DNA of 64,000 nt from Octopus vulgaris (Eukaryota). Within the stretch, counting starts at the first letter, position 1. Each line of letters opens with the position of its first letter. The notes beneath the pieces are model-generated. The model saw only the letters and a list, made by a program, of their open reading frames with translations. It was not told where the DNA came from and searched no databases. Of the stretch, positions 1-11,877 are shown in pieces. The position numbers were made by a program, and so were the translations under genes. The stretch spans positions 7,626,001 to 7,690,000 of the forward strand of contig OX597828.1 in NCBI GenBank assembly GCA_951406725.2, given 5' to 3'.

Positions 1-544
1 GACAGGGTAGAAAATCCATATCACGTTGAAATACTTAACCAACTGTAATGGGTAATAGGTGTTAGATGTTCGATTCAAAACAGCTGCGATCATTTTTCAA
101 CAATTCTCTTGCAAATTGTCTAAGACAAGGGATAAACTGGAAGCGGTTGACTAATTTTCAGTGGAGGAAAGAAGTGGTTTACGAACGGGATTTAATAGCA
201 GCGGAAATGTGAATGTACAGAGAAAAAAAATCGCCTTTGAATTATTTGTTCCACAAACTGTGCTCGACGTTTACGATGATTTGTCTATGAGATTGTTAAA
301 AGATAAAGAAAGTTCTTTTGGTTACACACAGGCAGTGACCCGGGAACAAAATTTTCTGGGGTGATGCAAAACCAGGTCCAAATATTTAACAGAAAAAGTG
401 GATTTTTTTCAGTGTTAACATTAAATGTCCATAGGCTGAAATGCTCATAGGCTGAGCAAGACACTCTCATGGAATGTGACTAAATGAAGTTCCTTATTTA
501 ACATAGTTCCTCTTACTGCTCACACACTTCCATAAGTAGTTGCA

Positions 545-930
545 GTGTTCGGATCGCACTGGTAAAGACGATATTCTGTTGGTCAAGATAGTCATCGACT
601 GCAGATGAAAGGTCTTCATCCCATCGATACTGGTGCCCAGCTGTGTTTTTCATGTTGGGAAATAGAGATGATAATCAGATGGAGCCAAATCCATAACATA
701 AGGAGGGGTATCAACCAGTTCAGAGCCAGTCACGCGCAGCAGCCATTGAAACGAAGGACTTGTGTGCTGAAGCATTACCCTAATGAAGCAAGATTCCATT
801 CATTAGTTTTTCTGGGCGCTTGGTCTTGATAGCCTTTCGAAACTGCCTTAAGAAGTTGGCGTTGAACTTACCATTGCTGCTGTGATCATTTTGAAGATAG
901 TCAATAAACAGTATTTTTTGCATTAACGTA
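545..930 (-). mobile_element. Degenerate mariner transposase fragment (catalytic C-terminal half)
   Basis: Minus strand reads, across stops and frameshifts, ILFIDYLQ...FLRQFRKAIKTKRPEKLMNGILLH*GNASAHKS...PPYVMDLAPSDYHLYF. This matches the mariner HDNAxxH and YSPDLAPSDY motifs. Confidence 0.75.
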
Positions 931-2549
931 TAGAATATGTAATAATGTGAAGTATATATTGTATATTAAAATGTTTAATTTCCGAAATATATCAAGCGAA
1001 ACAAACATAAGTCGTATAAATACAAATTGCAAGCATTTGAAAATGTGAGACACTACATGGCAAATCTAACAAAAAAGAATATAGTAATGCTTGTGTTCCG
1101 AAGGTATGAATAATTCTGTTAAGGAAAATACATTGGTTCTCATTGTAGCTTGTACATGGTGATGCGTGAGGGGTAAACACAAAGCATGGCGTCAAAGATC
1201 TTTGGTGATAATTCTCTCCTCTCTGGGTATCTCAAAAGAAATTCTTTATTTATAGCCATCTGTTAGTTCGAAATAGACCGCACATTTTTTTATCTGGCAA
1301 GCGGTCTATTTCGATGACTTAAAACATTCAATTGGCACAAACGGATATGGTCATGTGAACACTTCTAGAAAACACGCAAATTACGCCAATTGGCAGCTAC
1401 TTAAGCCTAGACAGCCAAATAATAAACATAGCATTTTCTACACTTTCATATGAGACATAGAAGAAACAAGTAACCTTCCACTCTACAGCGACCAACCACG
1501 GGGTACCAAATAGAGCATATACAAAGTAAAAAGGAAAACATACCCTCCATCTGGATTACAAGAGATGGTGCACAACAAACATCTGACAAACATCTACACG
1601 CAACGAGTTAAAAGTAGTTTGCGCCCCGGCGGGATCTTCAACAATTTTGACAATCTTTTGGACTTTCATACAAACAGAATGGTTTGACTTTCACTTTCCA
1701 CAAGGTATATTTTGTGTGAGACACCAGATGGTGCAGCTTTTGAGCACACAGCTCCTTCTTATATTTTAAGATAACCTTGCAATATAAGAGGGAGCGCGCA
1801 ACTCCTTATAATTGAAGATAACCTCGTAAGGTTATCTTATATGTTGGATCAAACAGAGTTTTTGTTTTCTCTTGAGGTATTCAGCATATTAGAGACAACG
1901 AAGTATCACTACAGCCGCAAGAGATACATGGGCATCAGCAGCCGCAGTTCTCTGCACACCAACATGTGACCACGTCCTTTGTTGAGGTGATGCATAATCA
2001 ATTTTCATCACGATTTTTCTTGACTACAAATCAGTGAATACATCTTATAATCACAGACGGTGAACCATTGCGGTGCGAAGTAGAATAATCGGGAGCAGTT
2101 CTGGTCCTCTTGAATTATAATCGAATGAATATGATTGTGAATACAAACGGCCGGAGTGGGGTTCTTCCGAACAGTCTTTCAAGATATGTTACTTTATTGA
2201 GTGCATAGCCTTCACATCAGAGAGGTATTCCTGGTAGAGCCGCTACTTCTCCGAATTGGGAGATTACAGCTCCGATACAACGGAAATGTGGTAAAAATGT
2301 TTCAGGAAAGAATCGATGAACGGGTTTTACGGACAAAAATAACTGACAGGAAACCCAGGGGTAGGGGACCATGAGCAAGTTGTTTGGATAACATCTATGA
2401 GCTCTGTTAGTCTCTTTTCGAGGTCCAGCTGAATCATTTGGAGACGGTTAATTGTGACGGGACCTGATAGAAGACGGGCTTCATGAATAATCTCCCATAA
2501 TACTTCCAAGAATTTAGTATGTTTCTGTACATAGGAGTGGCTGTACATA

Positions 2550-2712
2550 GGCGTAGGAGTGGTTGTGTGGTAAGTAGCTTGCTTAACAACCACATGATTC
2601 TGGGTTCAGTCCCACTGCGTGGCACCTTGGGCAAGTGTCTTCTACAATAGCCTCGGGCCGACCAAAGCTTTGTGTGTGGATTTGGTAGACGGAAACTGAA
2701 AGAAGCATGTCG

Positions 2713-2765
<53 letters not shown>

Positions 2766-2958
2766 GTGTGTGCATATGTTTGGCCCCCAACATCACTTGA
2801 CAGCCGATGCTGGTGTGTTTACGTCCCCGTAACTTAGCGGTTCGGCAAAAGAGACCGATAGAATAAGTTCTAGGCTTACAAAGAATAAGTCCCGGGGTCG
2901 ATTTGCTCGACTAAATGGCGGTGCTCCAGCATGGCCACAGTCAAAGGACAGAAACAAG
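2550..2958 (+). mobile_element. SINE-A (tRNA-derived SINE with internal TA/TG microsatellite); tail split by LINE insertion
   Basis: A-box-like tggttgtgtggtaag, B-box-like ggttcagtccc, and a body shared with about 20 copies in the window. The tail ...gaaacaag resumes as taaaaggtaaaagagtaaa at 3838-3858. Confidence 0.9.
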
Positions 2959-3828
2959 AAAAGAGAGGTTAAAAAAAGTAAAAAACCTGAAAAAGAAAAT
3001 AAATTTACGCCGCAATAAACACATCGAATAGAGAAGTGATGCGAAGAGTGGAAACTCACCACATCGAAGAAGTAAAAACAGAAGGAAAAGGAGAATGGAA
3101 ATGCTACGTGATGGGACAAAGAATGTTCAATCTACTTGCTAATGACTTTCGAAAGGATGTGTGCTCATCTAGGATGAGTGAAGAAGACGCTAAAAAAGAC
3201 GTCGAAAAGTAGAACACTAGCACGCCGATTCCACGGGCCCAGGAGGCAGAAGAGACGGGTTCCCCCTGTCCGCCGGACCCAGACGAAACAAGGTAAGCAG
3301 ACTATGGCTGTTCATGTTGGCTGTCTAAATGTGCACGGCCTGACATCGAACTGGAAACAAGGGCGTTTCGTAAATGATGTCAGGTCGCAGTGTATATGGA
3401 AGACTAGAACGAAAGTTGTAAAGACAGGCACCATGATCTCTGGCTCCGTCTTGGTGAACTTTTTTAAGTTCCACCTAAAAAGAAAGGTGGAGCTAGAGAA
3501 AAGGTGTCTGTCAGTACGTGAGTTCGAAAAAAGATGGAAGCGTGTCGCACGAGTGAAAGTGGCCACATGAGCACGCTATGAGTTAGCTGCCGAGTTTCAG
3601 TGGGAAAAGCAGGGCTCGTGGGGTCGGCAATCCTGGTGTTCCCACTTCATATGTCATTTTATGTTGTGTTGTAAAATTGTATATCATCCGATTTCCTCGA
3701 TTTTGTTTTCCGATTTTGTGTAAATTTTTAAAGATCATTTTTATGTAATCTCCATTCCTTTCTCATGACCCCAAATCATGATGTATTGTCCCCCTCTACG
3801 TTGGCCCCTTGTGGGTAATAAAGAAATA
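2959..3828 (+). mobile_element. Internally deleted Tx1/L1-like LINE (ORF1 end, ORF2 N-terminus fused to ORF2 C-terminus, 3' UTR)
   Basis: ATG at 3304 starts MAVHVGCLNVHGL (AP-endonuclease start, LNVxGL). It runs in frame into CIWKTR...FEKRWKRV (Tx1-like ORF2 end), stop at 3570. The 3' end is ...gtgggtaataaagaaat. Flanked by the direct repeat agaaacaag (2950-2958 and 3829-3837). Confidence 0.7.
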
Positions 3829-4175
3829 AGAAACAAGTAAAAGGTAAAAGAGTAAATGAGTACATGTGTGTGTGTGCTATTATGTGCGTGCACGTGTAGC
3901 GTCCTCTGTGTGAAATTCATTCAAGAATTTCTCATCTAGTCCAGAGAATTCTAGATTTCGTCATATTGTCATTATGACGTCATAATAGCGGAAACATTTT
4001 CTCCAAGACCTTCGTTTCAAATAATATTCAGTCTCTTTCAACCTTTCGCGGTGATTAGAGGCTAGGGAATGTGTGCCACGAGGGACCCACCCGGACACCT
4101 GAAGACTAGAGTCAACTTCACCTTGTTTTTGGTGTTTGTGGGGATATTTTGAGCGGACCCTCACAGATGTGCCCT

Positions 4176-4549
4176 CCACACAATTGGATCCTTATAACTT
4201 TCAGAAAAAATACATTTCTTTTAAAGAAATATTCTACAAATACCTCTCAGATGGCATACATTACGACTATATCGGAATTTAATGTGAAAAAAATAGAGGT
4301 CGCGCACACATATATACTGACACACATCCCGATTTTTTCAAAACTTTAAGTTCCATTTTGTGGATATATACGATATGTATGTTAGTATATATGTGTGCAA
4401 TTTCGCGAAAGTTTCTTTTTTTTTTACATTAAATTCCTCTACAATCTTAATGTACACTATCTGAGAGGTATTTGTAGAAACTTTCTTTAAAAATATACCG
4501 ATTTTTCTGGAAGTTGTCAAGAAACAAAATAGGGAACACAATTGTGTGG
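4176..4549. mobile_element. Palindromic MITE-like element
   Basis: Ends are ccacacaattg and caattgtgtgg. Imperfect inverted arms of about 155-180 bp (ttctacaaatacctctcagat / atctgagaggtatttgtagaa) surround a short spacer. Confidence 0.7.
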
Positions 4550-4839
4550 GTCTCCCGTTTTATGCACCTTTGAGTTCTTAAACACCCTCTGTAACATGCT
4601 GGTTGGTACCATAACGTAGTTACAAGGTGTCCGGTATTGTTCCTGCAACTGTATGAACTCTTAACCAGGCAATTTCAGGACAGGAAACCTGGAGGTTCCA
4701 ACCAGAAACAATTCTTCACCTTCGATATATACACACAAAATATTTCATTGTAAACAATCGTTTGAATGTAAGTGGATATGATAGTAATGATGGGTAAATA
4801 CAAATCGTACACGAAATATTCCTCTCTACTAAAAGATCA

Positions 4840-5018
4840 GCGCTTGAAATTTGGTGGAATGAGTAGTCTATCATATTGACCCCAATGCTTGACTGGCACT
4901 TATTTTATTAACAACAAAAGAATCAAGGAAACCATCGGCCCCAGTGAATTTTGAACTCAGATTGTAAAGATTTACGAAATGCCGCCGGCGTGCTAACCAG
5001 TCTGCCGCTCACCGCCTT
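4840..5018 (-). mobile_element. SINE-B, degenerate copy
   Basis: tttgaactcag B-box on the reverse strand and head ...ccagtctgccgctcaccgcc. Aligns with copies at 9385-9615 and 49938-50148. Confidence 0.7.
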
Positions 5019-6239
5019 ATGAATACGAATAATGTCCACGAGTAGATGTAGAGAGTAGGGTTTTAAACTCGGTAAGTGCTAAAAGAAAATAAAGTTTGCT
5101 GCTCTTAAAATGTTTGATAATATTTTCTAGATATTTTGATTATACTCAACACTAAATTTTGTCTGTCTGCCATCGCCGTATCTCAGTCTACATTTGCACT
5201 ATATAGACATATTATACCGTTTTGGAATGAGAATAACCTCGGAATTGAATATCTGCCCTTTATTTGATTCTTGACATCCAATATTGAGATTCAAAAGCTA
5301 CTTCTTGCAAGTAAAACTCGGCAAATTCACGCCATCTTGCTTGGCGCTTGTCAGAAGACGTCAGAGATGAAAGGGGAGATAAATGACAATCGCTTCGTTA
5401 ATTTTATGTCCCGACAAGAACTTTGGGACAAATTGGCCAACAGTTGGAATTCAACTTGGGAGTGGAGCAATAGAATGATGGACTAATTCCCATCCATCCT
5501 AAACATATGTTCAAACACCAGCGGGGCATATAATCATTATAGATAAATTATAGTTATGCTAATCTGCTGTTTGCAGTTGTGTGCCGCAGGCCCAACTAGT
5601 CCTTCACAAGAACTGTCTAAAAGGTCTGCACACACAGTGCAGCATTTAAGCTAGTCTCTAATAAAGTGATGTCGTTGCTTCGTTAATTGTTCGATAGTTT
5701 TCATATCATCACTGTAGCTGCAAACGCAATTTGACAATTCGGCTTTGGTTAGAAGTGTACAATGTGTTTGGGACTAAGAATGTTATGTACAAAATCTCTC
5801 TCACTATCTATCTATCTCTTCCTTTCTTTCTTCTTTCTTTCATTCTCTCACCCTTTATTACTTCCTTTATTTCTTTCTTTTTCTCTCTCTCTTCCCTTCT
5901 CTCTCTCCCACGCCCGCACGCACCCGCACGCAAACTTGTTTGCGAGCTTCAAGTTACTTTGTCCACAAACGTTACTTCATTTAAATTGTCCGGAGTTTCT
6001 TCCTTACTTCCACTCGTATCAACCCTTCCACATTGAGGCAGGTACCTCCGGTAATTAAACTATTCAAAATGAGGTGCATGATATTATTGTCTGTCTCATC
6101 CACTTCTTTCATCTTAAATTCAAACAATCTCATTTCTTTGACGCCCTTTCTAAGCTAGATATTAAAAAAGATTTTCTTCTTTAATATCTTCTCATATATT
6201 TCGTGTCAACTTATTTATGTATTGAGCGAGGTCTAGTCA

Positions 6240-6620
6240 CTATTTCTAGCGAACTTAGTAGTCATCTTGTGGATCTCCGGTTGGACATATTGTGTAATCA
6301 AGAGGAATCCACAGGACATTATGAAGAGAAGATGCTGAGTGCAGTGAATTATATGGGGCCTAAGTGATTGGGTACAAAAAGCATCATGAGTAAAGTGAGA
6401 CGACTGGGATTAATGGTTGAGTGAAGATGGCATGAACCCAGCCAGTTCCGGGATGTAGAGAGAAGACTTAGCTTGCTTATGGCGAAAGAGAAATGGGGGG
6501 GGGTAGCTTTTTCACTAGGCACAGTCTCGTATGACTGTGATTGCACCAACAACTTCGTTCCCAATGTGATGGTAATAATACTCCTTTGTGGACCTTCGAT
6601 GAGCTCTGTTGTGCAGGGGT
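6240..6620 (+). mobile_element. Probable decayed LINE AP-endonuclease fragment
   Basis: Ordered weak motifs LDILCNQEE (xDIxCxQET), DVERRLSLL (DxEGR) and IILLCGP (IILxGDFN), in broken frames. Confidence 0.4.
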
Positions 6621-6765
6621 CTCCAACCACCGTGTCGTGTTCCATGTGATACAAGGTTGTACAGAAAGGATAACCTTTAACATTTTATTTCTAATTCATT
6701 GACATAGGCGTACAATTTTTTTCTTATGGGGCCCCGACTTGCGGCTGCAGACTTGCCTGCAGGAA

Positions 6766-6960
6766 GTAAGAGACTTAGTCAGGGAGGTTGAGTAAGAGGT
6801 CTTAGTACACCCGATTTGAACTTGGTGATTTTTGTAAGAGGTTTAGCGCCTCAATTTGAAATACCGATTGAATATATTTGCTGAAATTTTGTGAGACCTG
6901 ATTGGTAAGAGGCTCAGCGCCTCAATTTGTAACTGTTGTAAGAGGTTCAATACCTCATTT
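6766..6960 (+). repeat. Five spaced copies of a gtaagagg(N6-7)cctc-like motif
   Basis: Copies start at 6766, 6792, 6834, 6905 and 6938, with unequal spacers. Confidence 0.7.
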
Positions 6961-7241
6961 GTGTTTTTTTTTAAAAACAATGTTTTCGAGAAGTAGCAAT
7001 CGGGGATAAACAAATTATATATAGCAGCTTGGGTTTGATATACAATGTATATATATTTTATAATTAACTCATAATTATAATTGAGGGTTCACAAGGTACC
7101 AGCGTTGCTAAAAGTAAGAATCGAAAATCCTGTAATAAGTCAACATTTCGCAGAAAATATAACAGAGCGACAAAACTCGGGCAACAGGCAAAGAAATTAA
7201 CTTATCGCGGCTGATAGCCACAGAATGAGGCAATAGATATT

Positions 7242-7296
7242 CCTGTATCATGTGATGTCGAATTTTGAGATTACTCCCTTAATTCTCATCAGCTGG
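7242..7296 (-). ncRNA. Type I hammerhead motif, decayed mirror copy
   Basis: Reverse strand: ccag-CTGATGA-gaatt...aattc-GACA-tcacatga-TA-cagg. GAAA is mutated to GACA. Confidence 0.6.
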
Positions 7297-7524
7297 TCTT
7301 GCTATATATTTAAGGTTAAAAAGTTTACCCACTTTGTCGTGACCGTTAATCGCAGAACGGCTGGTACCAAGTTTAAAAACGATGTCCGTGCATAATTTTC
7401 ATAAATAGATATCCAAATAATTATATAGTTATTATTATTTGCATTTTATCGGCATAAATGCCGTTCAGCAATTAACGGACTTAACAAAGTGATTAAACTT
7501 TTTAACCCTCGGTATATAGCAAGA

Positions 7525-7579
7525 CCTGCTGATGAGAATTAAGGGAGGAATCTCAAAATTCGAAATTATATGATACAGG
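7525..7579 (+). ncRNA. Type I hammerhead ribozyme motif
   Basis: cctg-CTGATGA-gaatt(loop)aattc-GAAA-ttatatga-TA-cagg. Stem I is cctg/cagg, stem II is gaatt/aattc, core intact. Confidence 0.75.
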
Positions 7580-7844
7580 AACACCTATTGTCTCATTCTG
7601 CGAAGGTAAGTTAATTTCATTGCTCGTTGCCCGATTTCTGTTGGTCTGTTATGGTTTCAGTGAAATGGTGGCTTATTAGAGGATGTTTTGACTCTTATTT
7701 TTAGCAACGCTGGTACCTCGTGTACCCTCAATTATAAGTATAAGTTCATTATAAAATCTATGGATTTGCTCTTTATCGGCATAAATGCTTGCTGGCCACT
7801 TATATCATTGTCATTATTTACTACTACTACTACCACAACTACTA

Positions 7845-7916
<72 letters not shown>

Positions 7917-7944
7917 ATTTATTTGAATACATATACATATATAT

Positions 7945-8318
7945 ATTCTTTTATTCTTTCACTTGTTTTAGTAATTTGATTGCGGCCATGCTGGAGCACC
8001 GCCTTTAGTCGAAGAAATGGATCCCAGGACTTATTCCTTGTAAGCCTAATATTTTTTTCTGTCGATGTCTTTTGCCGAACCGCTATGTTACGGAGACGTA
8101 AACACATTAACATCAGTTGTCAAGCAATGGATGGAGGACAAACACAGACAGACACAGACACACACACAGACACACACACACACACACTCACGCACACATA
8201 TATATAAAACGAGCCTCTTCCAGTTTCCGTCTACCAAATCCACTCACAAGGCTTTGGTCGGCTTGTAGTTGTAGCAGAAGACGCTTCCTCAAGGTGCCAC
8301 GCAGTGGGACTGAAACAC
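7945..8318 (-). mobile_element. SINE-A copy, 5' end eroded
   Basis: Reverse complement of the SINE-A body and tail, with internal (CA)n. Confidence 0.9.
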
Positions 8319-8330
8319 TGTACATATGCA

Positions 8331-8385
<55 letters not shown>

Positions 8386-8794
8386 CATGCAAACAATGAA
8401 TATTTAAGTATAAATATATAGATATTAATAGATCAAACTTTCGCAGAATAGAAACGACAGAGAAAATTAAAGGGAAGAAAATAAGGTGTGATAAGTCCAA
8501 CAACTGTTTCTAGGTACTTGAAGAACCATCATAATATTGGTAGATATAGTTCACTAAAACATGCGGCCAGTAATGGAAGCAAATAAATATGGAATAAATC
8601 AGGCTCAGTCATCAGGGTAGAAAAAATCTAGCATTTCAGATTATGATGAAGAGAAGTTTAAATGTTGAATGTTTTAAATTCCACCTTGACGGTGACTCGA
8701 GTTATTCAATATTTATTTGCTTCAGTGTATCATGATCTGAAATACAAGATCTTTTCCACGATGATGATGGAGGCTCGATTTGCTTCCTATATAT

Positions 8795-9615
8795 TGGTAC
8801 AAGGCAGAAATTTTGGGGAAGGTGTTAGTCGTTTACATCGACCCCAGCGCTCATCTGGTACTTATTTTATCGACACCGTAAGGATGTAAGGCAATGGCGA
8901 CCTCGGCGGAATTTGAAGTCAGAACATAAGGACAGGCGAGGTGTCGCTAAGCACTTTGCTCTGAGTGATAAAGACACAGCCACCTGGCCGCCCTGATGCC
9001 AGAGTAATATTGATTTCAAATTTTGTGCACAAGGCCAGCAATTTGGAAAGAGGACTTAAGTCAGTTACACTGATCCCAGTGCGCAGCTAGTACATATATA
9101 TTATCGACCCCGAATGGATAAATGACGAATTCGATCTTGGTGGCATTTGAACTCAGAAGGCGAAAAGACGGGCGAAAAGCCGCTAAACATTTTTTCTAAT
9201 CGTGCTAACGATTTCTTTATTGCCCACAAGGGGCTAAACATAGAGGAGACAAACAAAGAGATTAAGTCGATTACATCGATCCCAGTGTGTAACTGGTATT
9301 TAATTTATCGACCCCGAAAGGATGAAAGACAAAGTCGACCTCGGCGGAATTTGAACTCAGAACGTAAAGACAGACGAAATACCTATTTCTTTACTATCCA
9401 CAAGGCGCTAAACACAGAGGGGACAAACAAGGACAACCAAACGGATTAAGTTGATTACATCAATCCCAGTGCGTAACTGGTACTTAATTTACCGACCCCG
9501 AAAGGATGAAAGGCAAAGTCAACCTCGACGGAATTTGAACTCAGAACGTAACGACAGACGGAATACTGCTAAGCATTTCGCCCGGCGTGCTAACGATTCT
9601 ACTAGCACGCCGTCA
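8795..9615 (-). mobile_element. Cluster of four tandem or nested SINE-B copies
   Basis: The core atcgaccccgaaaggatgaaa..aagtcgacctcggcggaatttgaactcagaac recurs at about 8870, 9103, 9308 and 9490. Two tail types are present. Confidence 0.85.
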
Positions 9616-9815
9616 TTGGGACAGGCTAATTTCGAACACTTATCTCTAGAGGTAAATAAGGGTTTGCATAGGGCCACCACTCGTACAAAGATACATGTTA
9701 TTACAGAAGCGTTGATTACAGTTCAAACACAACACAATCAAGGGAGGAAAAGTTATCTTTGGCTTACATTCTTTAGGGTGCGAAATATTTATATAAATAT
9801 CCATATATACATACA

Positions 9816-9862
<47 letters not shown>

Positions 9863-10136
9863 GAGTGAGGGAGATATTTTTCTGAAATTCTTTGTCCCTT
9901 TCAATGGTCTCCCACTTTTTTCTTTGTCGTCGCGAAGAAGATGGGCGAAAAAGATAACTTTGGAGAAAATTTTAAAAGAGAGTTTTGAAAACTTGTTTTG
10001 ATGATTTCGATCAGATTCTTAAGTGAACCAAAGACCAAACTGTGTTACTTGGACTCTCAAGTGGAAGATTGTTGGGGAGGGGACAAAGAATTATAAATCA
10101 AATGATAAAATAGTAATCAATATAACAATAAATACC

Positions 10137-10258
<122 letters not shown>

Positions 10259-10295
10259 ATGCATCTATGTACGTTTGTAAGTGCACATAATTATG

Positions 10296-10346
<51 letters not shown>

Positions 10347-10661
10347 GTGTGTGCGTGCGTGTGTGTGTAATGTATGTGTGTCCAATACGAAGGATAAAAA
10401 GCAGACATTAATTAAAATATAGAAAAAGAAGTCGAAAATTACATTACATTATGATTCTAATCATAAACTTTTTTCATTATTAAAAACATTATTATTAAAA
10501 TTAAAATGTTTGTATATCATACCTTTTCTTTCTCTACTCTTCCTTTATTTGACTTCGCTATTTCCTTAAACCAGAATCAATTTAAATATTTAATATACAT
10601 GATTTCTTAAGTACACACACACGCATACACACATACACACACATATACCTATATACATAGA

Positions 10662-10731
<70 letters not shown>

Positions 10732-10953
10732 TAGGCGTGGGTGTGTTGTAAGAAGCTTGCATGGCACATTGGGCAAATGTCTTCTATTATAGCCTTGACC
10801 AAAGCTTTGTGAGTGGCTTCGTAGACGGAAACTGAAAGAAGCCGGTCGTATATATTATATGTATTTTTATTTTATTTCATTTTTGTTTCATCTAGTTTCA
10901 GCTCATGAGCTGTGGCCATGCTGTATATGTATATACATACATAAACACACACA

Positions 10954-11068
<115 letters not shown>

Positions 11069-11104
11069 GTATGCATGTATGTATTTATGTATGAAAGTAT
11101 ATAT

Positions 11105-11503
11105 ATTACTCTTTTGTTCTCTTACTTGTTTCAGTAATTTGACTGTGGCCATGCTGGAGCACCGTCTTCAAGAGTTTTAGTCGAACAAATCGACACCAGG
11201 CCTGATTTTTCCTAAGTGTAGTACTTATTCTCTTTGCCAAACCGCTAAGTTATAGGGACGTAAAGAAACCAACTCTGGTTGGCAAGCAGAGGTGGGGACG
11301 AGCATAAACAGAGAAACACACACACACAGATATACATATATATACATGCGACAGGGTTCTTTCAATTTCCGTCTACCAAATCCACTCACAAGGCTTTGGT
11401 CTGCACGAGGCTATAGTAGAAACCACTTACCCAAGGTGCCATAATGTGGGACTGAACCCGGAACCATGTGGTTGGGTAGCAACCTTCTTATCACACAACC
11501 ACA

Positions 11504-11505
<2 letters not shown>
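11105..11505 (-). mobile_element. SINE-A copy
   Basis: Full reverse-complement body, head-to-head with a partial + copy at about 11617-11860. Confidence 0.9.
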
Positions 11506-11545
<40 letters not shown>

Positions 11546-11550
11546 TAGAT

Positions 11551-11617
<67 letters not shown>

Positions 11618-11877
11618 TGCAGGCCTGGCTGTGTTGTGAGAAGTTTGCTTCCCAAACACATGGTCCTGGGTTCATTCCCACTGCGTGACAATTTGGGCAA
11701 TTATCTTCCACTATAGTTTCGGGCCAATCAAATCCTTGTGTGTGGGTTTGGTTGTTTGGGACTGAACGAATGAATAGAATATGTACGAGGCTTAAAATTA
11801 AGTACGGCCAACATCATTAAGGCTGTGCTTCAACATGGCCGCATCAGATGACTAAAGCAAGTGGAGTTGAACTAGGG

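Larger units (their letters stand above)
7066..7746. mobile_element. Inverted-repeat element (arms 7066-7337 and 7484-7746), each arm with a hammerhead motif; PLE pseudo-LTR-like
   Basis: Arms are diverged reverse complements, e.g. ggtaccagcgttgctaaaa / ttttagcaacgctggtacc and cccttaattctcatcagc / gctgatgagaattaaggg. Confidence 0.8.

Noticed and set aside
1-480. ORF 161-364 and possible hAT transposase remnant
   Set aside because: Only vague similarity; no diagnostic motif I can defend.
1540-2530. Possible ancient LINE RT remnant
   Set aside because: No continuous frame and motifs too degraded to call.
6766-6960. CRISPR array
   Set aside because: Eukaryotic context, degenerate repeats, unequal spacers and no cas genes.
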